Positions 40,540 to 50,842 of a stretch of DNA of 64,000 nt are shown here, piece after piece. The stretch covers positions 17,931 to 81,930 of the forward strand of contig JBILXZ010000003.1 in the NCBI GenBank assembly GCA_044378015.1. Reading direction: 5' to 3'. The notes under the pieces were generated by a model. The model worked only from the letters and a program-made list of their open reading frames with translations, was not told where the DNA came from and ran no database searches. Position numbers and translations under genes: made by a program. Position 1 is the first letter of the stretch, and each line of letters begins with the position of its first letter. The stretch comes from Tagaea sp. Lineage in GTDB: Bacteria > Pseudomonadota > Alphaproteobacteria > CACIAM-22H2.

Positions 40540-42192
40540 ATGGGCGTGGATTTCGTCTGCGAAAAGCGTCCGGCTATCGGCTCGCGCGGCATGGTCGTCA
40601 CCAACCATCCGCTTGCCTCGGCCGCTGCAGCCGAGTGTCTGCTTGCCGGAGGCAACGCGATCGACGCGGCCGTAACGGCGCTGTTCGCGCTCAGCGTGGT
40701 CGAGCCGATGATGGTGGGCCCGCTCGGCGGCGGTCTTGCGCATATCCGGCTCGCCGACGGCAGTCACCGCGTGATCGACGCGCTGGGTACCGCACCGCGC
40801 AACGCCCGGCCCGACATGTACGAACCGGTCTCGACCGAGCTTTCCAAAAGGCGCGACACCAAGGGTCGCGCCAACGAGTTCGGCCCGCTGGCCGTGGCAG
40901 TACCGGGTGCTTTGGCGGGTTGGTGTCTCGCCCTCGAGAAATACGGCACGATTTCGCTTGCCGACGCGGTCGCCCCCGCAATTCGCCACGCCGAAACGGG
41001 CTTCCGCGCCACGTCGTATTTGGCCGACTGCGTGGCCGACACGGCGGCGCATCTTGCCGGCGACCCGGCCCATGCGGCAACGTTCCTGCCGGGCGGCGCG
41101 CCATTGGCGACGGGCGCGCGCGTGGTGCAGCCGGAATTGGCGGCCAGCCTGCGCTTGATCGCCGAACAAGGCCCTGCAGCCCTTTACGACGGGCCGCTCG
41201 GCCAAGCGCTTGCGGCCCACATGGCCGCCAATGGCGGCCTCGTCGACGCGCAGGATCTTGCCGCATACCGGCCGATCGAACGGGCCCCGGTCGTCGGCAC
41301 CTATCGCGGCTACGAGATCGTCGGACCGCCGCCGCCGTCGTCGGCGGGCGTGCATATCGCGCAAATGCTGAATCTGCTGGAGCCCTACGATCTCGCGAAG
41401 ATGGGCTTCGGCTCGGCCGACGCCGCGCATCTGCTGGCCGAGGCCATGCGCATCGCCTTCGCCGACCGCGCGGTCGCCACGGCCGATCCGGCGTTTGTCG
41501 ATGTGCCGGTCGCGCGCATCGTCTCGAAAGACTATGCCGCGTCGCGCGGACGCGCCATCAAGCTCGAGCGCACCCAGGATTGGGGTCCGGGGATTTCGGC
41601 GGGCGAGTCCGCGAACACCACGCATGTGACGGTCGCCGACGCGTCCGGCAATATCGTGGCGAGCACGCAGACGCTCAACGGCGTGTTCGGCGCTTGCGTG
41701 TCGATTCCGGGCACGGGCCTTGCGGCCAACGACTACATGCACAATTTCGATCCGCATCCGGGCAACGCGCTGTCGATCGCCCCGGGAAAACGCGTGTACA
41801 CGTCGATGGCGCCGACGATCGTCAAGCGCGACGGCAAGCCGGTTTTCGCCTTGGGTCTGCCGGGGGGCTTGCGCATATTCCCTTCCGCGATGCAGGCGAT
41901 CGTCAACCTGATCGACCACGGCATGGGCGCCCAAGAGGCCGTCGAAGCGCCGCGCATCTGGACCGAGGGCGGCGTGCTCGAACTCGAGCCCGGCGTTGCC
42001 GAGGCGACCGCCGCAGATCTGGCGCGCCGCGGCCATCGCATCCAGCGCGTCAAGCGCATCGCGGGCGGAATGGGTTGCGTGCTTTTCGGATCCGACGGCA
42101 TGCTCACGGGCGCGGCGTGCTGGCGCGCGGACGGCACGCCGGTGGCCGTCTCGGGCGGTCTTGCGCGTCCGGGCGTGCGTTTCGCGGTTTAG
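40540..42192 (+). CDS. Gamma-glutamyltransferase family protein, no signal peptide (likely cytoplasmic)
   Basis: Has the autoprocessing site region TTHVTVADASGN. Starts MGVDFVCEKRP without an N-terminal signal peptide. Confidence 0.8.
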   Translation: MGVDFVCEKRPAIGSRGMVVTNHPLASAAAAECLLAGGNAIDAAVTALFALSVVEPMMVGPLGGGLAHIRLADGSHRVIDALGTAPRNARPDMYEPVSTELSKRRDTKGRANEFGPLAVAVPGALAGWCLALEKYGTISLADAVAPAIRHAETGFRATSYLADCVADTAAHLAGDPAHAATFLPGGAPLATGARVVQPELAASLRLIAEQGPAALYDGPLGQALAAHMAANGGLVDAQDLAAYRPIERAPVVGTYRGYEIVGPPPPSSAGVHIAQMLNLLEPYDLAKMGFGSADAAHLLAEAMRIAFADRAVATADPAFVDVPVARIVSKDYAASRGRAIKLERTQDWGPGISAGESANTTHVTVADASGNIVASTQTLNGVFGACVSIPGTGLAANDYMHNFDPHPGNALSIAPGKRVYTSMAPTIVKRDGKPVFALGLPGGLRIFPSAMQAIVNLIDHGMGAQEAVEAPRIWTEGGVLELEPGVAEATAADLARRGHRIQRVKRIAGGMGCVLFGSDGMLTGAACWRADGTPVAVSGGLARPGVRFAV

Positions 42193-42195
42193 CCG

Positions 42196-43161
42196 ATGGC
42201 CGAAAAAATCGTCGTCGTCGACATGCTCAGCGAAACCAACGCGGCACGCCTGCGCGCATTGCTGCCCGAGGGTTTCGCGCTGACGCACGGCACGGTGCCC
42301 GGAGAGGGCCATCTCAAGGAAATCTTGGCCGACGCGGACTACGCGATATCGGGCCAGCTCGCCGTCACGGGCGATGTCCTGCGTGCGGCCAAGAAACTCA
42401 AGCTCCTGCACAAATGGGGCGTGGGCGTCGACAATCTCGACATCGAAACCGCGCGCGAACTCGGCATCAAGGTCGCGCGCACCGCTGGCTCGAACGCCGT
42501 CGCGGTCGCGGAATTCACGCTCGGGCTGATCCTTTCGACCCTTCGCCACATCGCGTTCGGCCACCTGCACCTGCAGCGCGGCGAGTGGCGCGGCGGGCGC
42601 CTGCCGCGGGACAATTTCGCGCTGTCGAAAAAGACCGTGGGCCTCGTCGGCTTCGGCGCCATCGGCCAGACCGTGGCGAAACTGCTGGCCGGTTTCGGCT
42701 GCGCGATCCTCTACACCCAGCGCAACCGCGCGAGCGCCGGGATCGAGGCGGCGACCGGCGCGCGTTTCGTCGCGCTGCCGGAGCTGCTCGGCGCCAGCGA
42801 CGTCGTATGCCTGCATTGCCCGCTCACGCCGCAGACCGTCGGCATGATCGACTACGTTGCCTTGTCGGCGATGAAACGAACGGCGATCCTCGTCAACGTC
42901 GCGCGCGGCGGGGTGGTGGTCGAAGCCGATCTCGTGCGCGCGCTGCGCGAGGGCGTCATCCATGCCGCCGCCATGGACGTATTCTCGGTCGAGCCGCTGC
43001 CGGCCGACAGCATTCTGTGCGGGCTCGACAATCTCGTGATCACGCCGCACATCGCGGCAATGACGGCCGACAGTTTCGCGCCCACCGTCAAGCGAATGTT
43101 CGCCAATATCGAGGCCGTGTCGCGCGGCGAGCCGCTGCCGCCCGGCGACGTGGTGGCGTAG
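42196..43161 (+). CDS. D-isomer-specific 2-hydroxyacid dehydrogenase (NAD-binding)
   Basis: Has the Rossmann GLVGFGAIGQ motif and catalytic His/Glu/Arg positions. Starts 4 nt after the GGT stop. Confidence 0.85.
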   Translation: MAEKIVVVDMLSETNAARLRALLPEGFALTHGTVPGEGHLKEILADADYAISGQLAVTGDVLRAAKKLKLLHKWGVGVDNLDIETARELGIKVARTAGSNAVAVAEFTLGLILSTLRHIAFGHLHLQRGEWRGGRLPRDNFALSKKTVGLVGFGAIGQTVAKLLAGFGCAILYTQRNRASAGIEAATGARFVALPELLGASDVVCLHCPLTPQTVGMIDYVALSAMKRTAILVNVARGGVVVEADLVRALREGVIHAAAMDVFSVEPLPADSILCGLDNLVITPHIAAMTADSFAPTVKRMFANIEAVSRGEPLPPGDVVA

Positions 43162-43173
43162 GCGCAAGTCCCG

Positions 43174-44004
43174 TCAAGCCGAGCGACGCGCCTCGACGAG
43201 CCAGATCGCGCCGCCGAGTGCAACCGCGCCGTCTTTTTCGCGGCTGCCCAGTGCCGCGCGAAGCCGCTCGGCCGCCGCCGCGCGCACCGCTTTGTCGGTG
43301 CCCGCCAACGCGGAACTCGCCGGACCTATCTGCAAGGCAAGATCGACGGCGGCTGCGACGCCGCCCGATGCCGCAAAGCAGACGGCGAAATCGAAAGGCC
43401 GCATCGAGATTTCGGCAAAGCCCGCAGCCGCGAGAATTTTTTCGACGTGCGCGGGGCTCGCCAGCGAAAACGGCCCCGGTCCTTTGGGATCGGGCGGGGC
43501 CGATGGCGGCAGCAGGTCCTCGATGGCCGCCATCGGAATTGCCGCCCAGTCGTTTTCGGCCCAACTGCGCCAGCACGTGAAAACCAGCCGCGCGTGCGGC
43601 CGCAGATTCGCGGCGATCGCGGCACAGGCGGCGATCGGATCGGCGAAAAACATGAGCCCGAATTGGGAGACCGCCAGATCGAAAGGTGCGGGCGCGCGCC
43701 AGTCGGCGATGTCGGCCCGCACCAAAGCGGCTTTGCCGCGCGTTCGCGACGCCGCGACCGCCAGCATCGCCTGCGACACGTCGATGCCGGTCGTGTCGGC
43801 CCCTTGGGCCAGAAGGCGCGCGCACAGATCGCCGTTGCCGCAGCCGACGTCGAGCACGCGCAAGCCCGCAGCCGGTGCCGCGCGCGCGGCGAGAATTTCG
43901 GCGGCCGGGGCGAACATCGTGTCCAGGGCCTCGTGCATCGCTGCCCATTTCGCGCCGACGCGGCCGTCCCAAAGATCGATCTGCGGTTGGTTGGCGCTGG
44001 TCAT
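43174..44004 (-). CDS. Class I SAM-dependent methyltransferase
   Basis: LRVLDVGCGNGDL motif I. Confidence 0.75.
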   Translation of the reverse strand: MTSANQPQIDLWDGRVGAKWAAMHEALDTMFAPAAEILAARAAPAAGLRVLDVGCGNGDLCARLLAQGADTTGIDVSQAMLAVAASRTRGKAALVRADIADWRAPAPFDLAVSQFGLMFFADPIAACAAIAANLRPHARLVFTCWRSWAENDWAAIPMAAIEDLLPPSAPPDPKGPGPFSLASPAHVEKILAAAGFAEISMRPFDFAVCFAASGGVAAAVDLALQIGPASSALAGTDKAVRAAAAERLRAALGSREKDGAVALGGAIWLVEARRSA

Positions 44005-44130
44005 GCTGAGCGTCCTCGTCTTCGGCGCCCCGCGCCGGCGGCTGACATACGCGGCGAATCAAGCCCGTGTAAGACGGCGCTTGTTGCCGGGCCGACCTTG
44101 GGCGCATGATCATACCAACGTTCCAGGGGA

Positions 44131-45072
44131 ATGCGCTTGTCCAACCTGCCGACCGCGCTGCTTGCGAAGCTGCGGCGCGATTTCCGTGTTTTGCCGCCCG
44201 ATCTTTCCGCTTCGCTGCTGATGCTGGCCGCGATGTGCGTCTTCACCGCGACGGGCGTTCTGGTCCGCATCGCGGCCGAGATGCTGCCGGTCGTCGTCAT
44301 CCTTTTCATCCGCCAGATAATGTCGATGGCGATCATGGCGCCGCTGTTTTGGCGCCATCGCAGCGCAATTCTCCATCCGCAGGGCTTGCGCCTGCATCTG
44401 CTGCGCGGATGTGCGGCGATCGTGGCGATGATCTGCGGCAACACGGCCGTGGTCCACATTCCGTTCGCCGACGTGACGGCCATTCAAATGGCCGAAGTGC
44501 TGTTCATCACGGCGCTTGCCGCGATCTTCCTCGGCGAAAAAGTCGGCTGGCGCCGCTGGACCGCGACGGCCGTCGGCTTTGCGGGCGTGGGCGTGATGCT
44601 GCAGCCGTTTTCGGGGCCGATCGAGTTCTACGCGCTGCTCGCACTGGCGGGTTCGGCCGCGGGCGCCGTGTCGGTCGCGACGCTGCGTTTCGGCTCGCGC
44701 TACGACACGGCCGAGACGGTGATTTTCTTCCAAAGCATCGTTCTGGTCGTTTTTCTGGCGCCGCTCGCCTGGTGGTTCTGGGTGCCGCCGTCCGCCAAAG
44801 CGCTTGCCGTCGTCGCCGTCATGGCGGTGATGCTGGCGGCCGGCACTTGGCTTTTCACGACGGCGTTTCGCGGCGGCAAAGCCTCGTCGATAGCGCCGCT
44901 GCAGTATGTGCGCCTGCTGCTGATGGCGGCGGTCGGCTATCTGCTTTACGACGAGACGCCGGGCCTTGCCACGATCGTCGGCTCGGCCCTCATTGTGGGT
45001 GCGGCGCTCTACACGCTGCACCGCAACGCCATGCGCCAGTCGCCGATGCCGCCCGACCCGCGCCCCGATTGA
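44131..45072 (+). CDS. DMT-superfamily (EamA-like) transporter
   Basis: About 10 TM segments in two EamA-like halves. Confidence 0.75.
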   Translation: MRLSNLPTALLAKLRRDFRVLPPDLSASLLMLAAMCVFTATGVLVRIAAEMLPVVVILFIRQIMSMAIMAPLFWRHRSAILHPQGLRLHLLRGCAAIVAMICGNTAVVHIPFADVTAIQMAEVLFITALAAIFLGEKVGWRRWTATAVGFAGVGVMLQPFSGPIEFYALLALAGSAAGAVSVATLRFGSRYDTAETVIFFQSIVLVVFLAPLAWWFWVPPSAKALAVVAVMAVMLAAGTWLFTTAFRGGKASSIAPLQYVRLLLMAAVGYLLYDETPGLATIVGSALIVGAALYTLHRNAMRQSPMPPDPRPD

Positions 45073-45185
45073 GGGGGCCCGTTCCGCGCAGATCGGCGGC
45101 TTGAACCCCCTTGGGACCGGCCCCCGGCAGCCCTATATTGCGCGGCGATTCGTCCCCCCCAATCGGTTCGCCTCTCGGAGTTGCC

Positions 45186-46004
45186 ATGACCGACGCCGTT
45201 ACCGCCGCCGCATCCGACCGCAGCTTTCGCGCCCGTTTGCGCCAATGGGTCGAGTCCGAGCCCGTCCAGCGCGCGGTCATGGCTCTGATCGTGCTCAACG
45301 CGGTCACGCTGGGCCTCGAAACCTCGCGAACCGTCATGGAAGCCATCGGCGGTTTTCTGATGCTTCTCGACGCCGCCATTCTCGCGGTCTTCGCGGTCGA
45401 ACTCGCGCTGCGCATCGCGGCGCACGGGCTGCGCTTCTTCCGCGGCGGCTGGAACTGGTTCGACCTGATCGTCGTCGCGATCGCCCTCGTTCCGGCGTCG
45501 GGGCCGCTGTCGGTGCTGCGCGCGTTGCGCGTGCTGCGCGTGCTGCGGCTCGTGTCGATCGTGCCGTCGATGCGCTCGATCGTCGAAGCGCTGCTGCGCT
45601 CGCTGCCGGGCATGTCGGCGATCATGGCGCTGCTGCTGCTGGTGTTCTACGTGTTCGCGGTGATGGGCACGAAGCTGTTCGGCGAGACCCAGCCCGAGCA
45701 GTTCGGCACGCTGGGAGCGACGTTCCTCACGCTGTTCCAGCTGATGACGCTCGACGGCTGGTCGGGGGAAATCGTGAAACCGGCGCTGGAAGACCATCCG
45801 GCGGCGATGCTGTATTTCCTGCCCTTCATTCTGGTGTCGACGTTCGTGGTGCTGAACCTGTTCATCGCCCTCATCGTCGATTCGATGACGCGCCTGCACG
45901 CCGAGAGCGCCGCCGAGAAGCCCGATCCGCATGCGGCGCTCGCCCTCCAGGTCGAAGCGCTGGCAGGCGAAGTTCGCGCCTTGCGCGAGAAGCTGGCGGG
46001 CTGA
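45186..46004 (+). CDS. Bacterial voltage-gated ion channel, NaChBac/BacNav family (single 6-TM domain)
   Basis: The S4 segment has 4 Arg at every third position (LRALRVLRVLRLVS). The pore is TLFQLMTLDGWSG. The C-terminal neck and coiled-coil (ALALQVEALAGEVRALREKL) and overall collinearity match NaChBac. Confidence 0.85.
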   Translation: MTDAVTAAASDRSFRARLRQWVESEPVQRAVMALIVLNAVTLGLETSRTVMEAIGGFLMLLDAAILAVFAVELALRIAAHGLRFFRGGWNWFDLIVVAIALVPASGPLSVLRALRVLRVLRLVSIVPSMRSIVEALLRSLPGMSAIMALLLLVFYVFAVMGTKLFGETQPEQFGTLGATFLTLFQLMTLDGWSGEIVKPALEDHPAAMLYFLPFILVSTFVVLNLFIALIVDSMTRLHAESAAEKPDPHAALALQVEALAGEVRALREKLAG

Positions 46005-46029
46005 GGCCGATCACCGCGTTGTGGGGCGT

Positions 46030-46389
46030 TCACAATTCGTGGTTCATGTTGGCGATGAACGTGCCGACGCCGTTCGCGCGGCCGTCCGCCGCCAGGATCC
46101 GGTGCGAGACGTCGACGATCCAGCTGTCGGTCTGGCGCCCGCGGCCCGCGTCCGTCCGGGCCGCGAAACAGTCGCGCTCGGCGACTTTGACGGCTGGCAA
46201 CAGCAGTCTGCGCGTGCCGTCGGGACCGCAGAGACAAAAGCGGAAGACCTGGGTGAGGCTGCCCACCGCCCCGCGCTCGATCTCGGCGACGCGGAAGGCA
46301 GCGTCCGCGTTGCGGATCCAGTTTGCCGCGAACAGCATCGCAAGTGCGAAGACGGCGACGATCGCAAATGGCCAGGCGGCGGAACGCAT
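46030..46389 (-). CDS. Hypothetical membrane-anchored protein (119 aa)
   Basis: Has a single N-terminal TM segment (WPFAIVAVFALAMLFAANW) and GC3 typical of this genome. No family was recognised. Confidence 0.45.
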   Translation of the reverse strand: MRSAAWPFAIVAVFALAMLFAANWIRNADAAFRVAEIERGAVGSLTQVFRFCLCGPDGTRRLLLPAVKVAERDCFAARTDAGRGRQTDSWIVDVSHRILAADGRANGVGTFIANMNHEL

Positions 46390-46521
46390 TCGGTATCGCC
46401 CGTGTCCAACGGCAAGTCCGCCTGCGCGCAGGCGTCTTTTTGTCGCATGTCGCGGAAAAAGCGGCGCTCAAGTCGTTAACGTCGCGTAAATGCGGACGCC
46501 GAACTTCCGTTTGGCACTGGA

Positions 46522-48819
46522 TTGTCCGCGGCCGTTCGGCTAAACGAAAAGCATGCGCGTCTGAGGCAAAGCCGCGCCGATCTTCGGGGTGTCTTTCGCT
46601 TGGCCGATTCGTCCGTTTCATCCGCTGCGCCGTCGCCGCCCGCGCAGATCGGCCGCGCGCAGGCGCTGCATCGGCGTCCCGTCACCTACCTGCTTTTGGG
46701 CTTGGTTCTGTCGCTCGCGCTGGCGGCGCTTGCAACGCTCGAGCGCCGCACCGACGTCGAGACGCGCTTTGCGATCCAAACCGAGCGGTTCGTCGCGGCG
46801 CTTGCGAGCCATCTCCGCGTCTACGAGACAGCCTTGTCCGGCGGGGCAGCGCTTTTCGCCGCCTCCGGGGAAATCACGCGGGCCGAATGGGCCGTCTATG
46901 TCGCCGCCACGCGCGTGCGCGAAACGCTGCCGGGCAACCAGGCGTTCGGTTTTGCCCCCTTCGTGCCGGACGCGGCGCGCGAAGCGCATGCGGCGGCCTT
47001 GCGCGCCGAGGCGGGACCCGACTACGAGATCAGGCCGCCGGGTCCGCGCCCCGTCCACGTACCGATCATGTTCAACGAGCCTTATGTCGGCCGCAACCGC
47101 AGCGTCGTCGGGTTCGACATGTATTCCGAGCCGACGCGCCGTGCCGCGATCGACGCGGCGATCGCGGCACGGCGGCCCACAATGTCGGGCAAAGTCGTGC
47201 TGGCGGGCGAGCAGGGCGACGCGCAGCCGCCGGGATTCGTCGTCTACGCGCCGGTCTTCAAGGGTGCCGCGCCCCAACCGCTGGGTTTCGTTTTCGCGCC
47301 GTTCCGCATGCCCGATCTGATGGCCGGGCTTCAGCGCAGCTGGGATTCGGGCCTCGCTTTCCGCATCTACGACGGCACGCAGAAAACCGAAGCCGCCTTG
47401 ATGCACGCGGCATGGCCGCAGAGCCTCGCCGCGCCGCGCAACGCGCGCGACGTCGCGTTCCAGGCATTGGGGCGCAGCTGGACCGTCGAATTCGGCGCCG
47501 GGCAAAGCTTCGAGCGCAACGACGAGATATGGGCGCCGTGGCTGGTGCTGGCCCTCGGCTTCGCGGCGAGCCTGCTGGTCTTCGCCCAGGCGCGCGCCAT
47601 CGCGAAGATCCAGGCCAGCGCCCAAGCGCTCGCGGACGCCAAAAACGCGTCGGAAGCGGCAAGCCTCGCCAAATCCAGTTTCGTGGCGACCGTGAGCCAC
47701 GAGATCCGCACGCCGATGAACGGCATCATGGGCATTTCCGGGCTGCTGCTCGACACGCCGCTCGACTCCAACCAGCGCGAGCTGGCCGTCGCCATCCGCG
47801 ATTCGAGCGAAAGCCTGCTGCTGATCGTCAACGACGTGCTCGATCTCTCGAAGCTCAACGCCGACCGGCTCGAGTTCGAGCAGATCGCTTTCGACCTTCG
47901 CCAATGCGTGCGCGGCGCTCTCGAGGTCGTGCGCCCGCGCGCCGACGCCAAGGGTCTGGCGCTCGAATTCGAAGCCGATCCGAGCCTGCCCGTCGCGGTC
48001 ACGGGCGATCCGGGCCGCCTGCGCCAGATCGCCCTCAATCTCGTGTCGAACGCCGTGAAGTTCACGGAAACCGGATCGGTGCGCGTCGAGCTGGGCATCG
48101 ACGGCGGGGCCGTCGCCGTCGAAGGCCGCGTCGCGCTGTGCATTGCGGTCAGCGACACGGGCATCGGCATAGCGCCGGCCTATCTGCCCAACGTGTTCGA
48201 AGAGTTCGTGCAGGGCGATGCGTCCGTCGCGCGGCGTTTCGGCGGCACGGGTCTCGGGCTCGCGATCGTGCGCCGTCTTGCCGAGCGGATGGGCGGAACC
48301 GTGCAGGCCGCCAGCACCCTCGGGCGCGGCAGCCGCTTCGAGGTGCGCCTGTCGCTGCCCGTCGCCGCCAGTGCCGCCCGCAAGCGCGAGAACCTGGCGC
48401 TGACCGGCGCCATCGCGCGGCTCGAAGAAGCCGCCGAAGCGCTGGGCCGCCCGATCCGCCTGCTGCTGGCCGAAGACAACGCGACCAACCGCCTCGTCGC
48501 GATCGAGATGCTGAAGCCCTATCCCGTGCGCGTCGACGCGGCGGCAAACGGGCTCGAAGCGGTCGAGGCGGTGCGCACGGCGCCCTACGATCTCGTGCTG
48601 ATGGACGTGAACATGCCCGAGATGGACGGTCTCGACGCCACGCGCGCCATCCGCACGCTGCCGGGCGACGCCGGCCGCGTGCCGATCGTCGCGGTGACGG
48701 CGGGCGCGTTCGACGACGACCGCGCGCGGTCGTTCGCCGTCGGCATGAACGGCTATCTCGCCAAGCCGTTCCGCAAAGCGGCGTTGTTCGAGGAAATCGC
48801 CAACGCCTTGCTGCTCTAG
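46522..48819 (+). CDS. CHASE-domain hybrid sensor histidine kinase/response regulator
   Basis: Has an extracytoplasmic CHASE domain (…[27 protein letters not shown]…) between two TM segments, then HisKA ([11 protein letters not shown]), HATPase_c and a receiver ([11 protein letters not shown]…DVNMPEMDG). The start is a non-ATG (TTG), so it is uncertain. Confidence 0.85.
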   Translation: MSAAVRLNEKHARLRQSRADLRGVFRLADSSVSSAAPSPPAQIGRAQALHRRPVTYLLLGLVLSLALAALATLERRTDVETRFAIQTERFVAALASHLRVYETALSGGAALFAASGEITRAEWAVYVAATRVRETLPGNQAFGFAPFVPDAAREAHAAALRAEAGPDYEIRPPGPRPVHVPIMFNEPYVGRNRSVVGFDMYSEPTRRAAIDAAIAARRPTMSGKVVLAGEQGDAQPPGFVVYAPVFKGAAPQPLGFVFAPFRMPDLMAGLQRSWDSGLAFRIYDGTQKTEAALMHAAWPQSLAAPRNARDVAFQALGRSWTVEFGAGQSFERNDEIWAPWLVLALGFAASLLVFAQARAIAKIQASAQALADAKNASEAASLAKSSFVATVSHEIRTPMNGIMGISGLLLDTPLDSNQRELAVAIRDSSESLLLIVNDVLDLSKLNADRLEFEQIAFDLRQCVRGALEVVRPRADAKGLALEFEADPSLPVAVTGDPGRLRQIALNLVSNAVKFTETGSVRVELGIDGGAVAVEGRVALCIAVSDTGIGIAPAYLPNVFEEFVQGDASVARRFGGTGLGLAIVRRLAERMGGTVQAASTLGRGSRFEVRLSLPVAASAARKRENLALTGAIARLEEAAEALGRPIRLLLAEDNATNRLVAIEMLKPYPVRVDAAANGLEAVEAVRTAPYDLVLMDVNMPEMDGLDATRAIRTLPGDAGRVPIVAVTAGAFDDDRARSFAVGMNGYLAKPFRKAALFEEIANALLL

Positions 48820-50261
48820 CTCGCGGCGCTCGCCAGCAGAATCTCGCGCTCGTCGAACGCTTCGAGACCCGGCATCAGCGTGTCGGCCTGTTCCAGAAAC
48901 AGCGAGCGGGCCACGCCGCGCACGAGGCGCGGCAACGCGAATTTGTGGCCGCTGATCGAGGTGCATTGCCCGCCGTGGCTCGCCATGGCCGCGTAGCTGA
49001 AACAGAACAGATGCTTGAGATAGGGGGCTTCCCCCGGTCGGCGTTCGAGGAATTCGAAATCGGGGCCGAGATAGGGTGCTGCCCCCAGCCCCGCATGCGC
49101 AAGCTCGGGCGGCGGCGCGTAGCGGTCGGCCCACAAGGCGATGTGGTCGCGCACGAAGTCGAGCTCGGGGCGGCGCGCAAGGTCCGTCGCAAGGCCGGTC
49201 GCGCAGATCAGGAAGTCGGCGACGAGCGGGCCTTTGGGCGTTTCGATTCGGATCGCGTCGCCGTCGGCGCCGACCGCCAGCCAGTCGCGGCCCGGATGCG
49301 CTGCGAAGTTCGGATATGCCGTCGCGGCGGCGACGCCGTTTGCCGTCGGCGGCTGGTCCATGCGACGGAAGGCGACACCGAGCCGCCAGCGCAGCGCATC
49401 CGGCAGATCATAGAAATGGTCGAGAAAGCCCGCCTGTTCGGCCCAGCGATGCGGATTTATCTCGGGCAGTTTGGCGCGCCTGAAACACAGATCGACGCGG
49501 GCCGCCCCGTTGGCCAACGCCCAGGCGGCATTGTCGAAAGCAGACGCCCCGTGGCCGAGGACGGCCACGCGCTTGCCCGCGACCTGCTCGACCGCGATCG
49601 GGCCGTTGGAATGCGCGAACGCGCGGGCGGGCAGATTGTTGCCGATGTGCGCGGGCACGTCCCAGCCGCCGCTGCCTTCGAAACCGGTCGCGAGTACGAC
49701 GCGGCGCGCGCGCAGCGTGCCGGGGCCGTCGGGTCCTTGCAGCGCCAAGGCAAAACCGCCCGCGACCGGGCGAATCGCCGCGACGGTCGTGCGATGCCGG
49801 ATTTTCGCGCCCGTGACGGCGGCGTACCAATCGAGATAGGCCGCCCAATGCACGCGCGCGATGCGCCCGAGCGCGTCCCAGGCCGAGGCGCCGAACTGCA
49901 CTTCGTACCAGCGCCGAAAACCCAGATTCGGCAGCCCGAATTCGAGGCCGACAAGATCCTTGGGCGTGCGCAACGTCGCCATGCGGGCATAGGTCTGCCA
50001 GGGCCCTGCTTCGCCGGGGGCGGCAGCACTCAAACACAGCGTGTCGCAAACGCCCGCGCGTTCGAGGCCGAAGGCAAGACCCAGCGCCGACTGCCCGCTG
50101 CCGACGATGGCGACGTCGCGCCAATCTTCGCCGCGCGGTGCTACCCAGGCGCGGGCCGGATAGGCCAAAGCCGCGATCTCGGCCTGCGCCTGTTCGGCGA
50201 GCGCCCGCAGGGCCGGGCTTGCGAGATCGACCGTCGGATAGCCGGGCTGTTCGTAGCGCAT
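48816..50261 (-). CDS. FAD/NAD(P)-binding oxidoreductase (flavin monooxygenase / N-hydroxylase-like)
   Basis: Has two dinucleotide-binding motifs ([26 protein letters not shown]). Starts MRYEQPGYP. Its stop overlaps the CHASE kinase stop, with the two genes convergent. Confidence 0.65.
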   Translation of the reverse strand: MRYEQPGYPTVDLASPALRALAEQAQAEIAALAYPARAWVAPRGEDWRDVAIVGSGQSALGLAFGLERAGVCDTLCLSAAAPGEAGPWQTYARMATLRTPKDLVGLEFGLPNLGFRRWYEVQFGASAWDALGRIARVHWAAYLDWYAAVTGAKIRHRTTVAAIRPVAGGFALALQGPDGPGTLRARRVVLATGFEGSGGWDVPAHIGNNLPARAFAHSNGPIAVEQVAGKRVAVLGHGASAFDNAAWALANGAARVDLCFRRAKLPEINPHRWAEQAGFLDHFYDLPDALRWRLGVAFRRMDQPPTANGVAAATAYPNFAAHPGRDWLAVGADGDAIRIETPKGPLVADFLICATGLATDLARRPELDFVRDHIALWADRYAPPPELAHAGLGAAPYLGPDFEFLERRPGEAPYLKHLFCFSYAAMASHGGQCTSISGHKFALPRLVRGVARSLFLEQADTLMPGLEAFDEREILLASAAS

Positions 50262-50344
50262 TGTTTTCGAGCCAAAAGGGGGTTCTTGCCAACGGGGGGC
50301 GGGCGGCCAATGATGTGCAATTCCCACGCCGGAGCAAGCGCGCG

Positions 50345-50842
50345 ATGACCCCGACCCAAGCCGACGCAATCGTCGATCTCGTGCCGCAGCCGATCGCGGC
50401 CGCGGCGTTCGCCCCGTACGGCCAGCTCGTCGCGGCCACCGAAGACGGCGCTTTGTTCGGGCCGCAGGACGCGCAGCTTGTGCTCGATGCCGGCACGCCG
50501 CGCTTCTACATCATGGCGCTGTCGCGGCGCGAGCCGCTGGTGCGCGGCATCACGCGCCACGCCCGCGTCACGCAGTGCCTGGCCAGCGTCGGCGGCGTGC
50601 CGTGGTATCTGATGGTCGCCCCGCCCGGCGACGCGCCCGATCCGGCGAAGCTCGCCGCCTTCGCGATTCCGGGCGATGTCGCGGTCAAGCTGCATGTCGG
50701 CACGTGGCATGCAGGGCCCTACTTCGCGCCGGCCAAATGCGATTTCTTCAATCTCGAACTTGCCGATACCAACGAAACCGACCACCGCACGCTGCCGCTC
50801 GACCGGGCGTACCGGCTGGTCTTCGCGCCCGCTACGGCATGA
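50345..50842 (+). CDS. Ureidoglycolate lyase family protein (cupin-like)
   Basis: About 165 aa. The pattern …AAAFAPYGQLV…H…TQ…W…WHAGP… matches the ureidoglycolate lyase family. Assigned by recall only. Confidence 0.65.
   Translation: MTPTQADAIVDLVPQPIAAAAFAPYGQLVAATEDGALFGPQDAQLVLDAGTPRFYIMALSRREPLVRGITRHARVTQCLASVGGVPWYLMVAPPGDAPDPAKLAAFAIPGDVAVKLHVGTWHAGPYFAPAKCDFFNLELADTNETDHRTLPLDRAYRLVFAPATA

Noticed and set aside
46420-46441. GCCTGCGCGCAGGC followed by GTCTTTTT as a plus-strand intrinsic terminator
   Set aside because: The stem-loop geometry is marginal (5-bp stem, 4-nt loop), and it sits 400 bp beyond the channel stop with an opposite-strand gene in between. It is retained only as a note within a finding.
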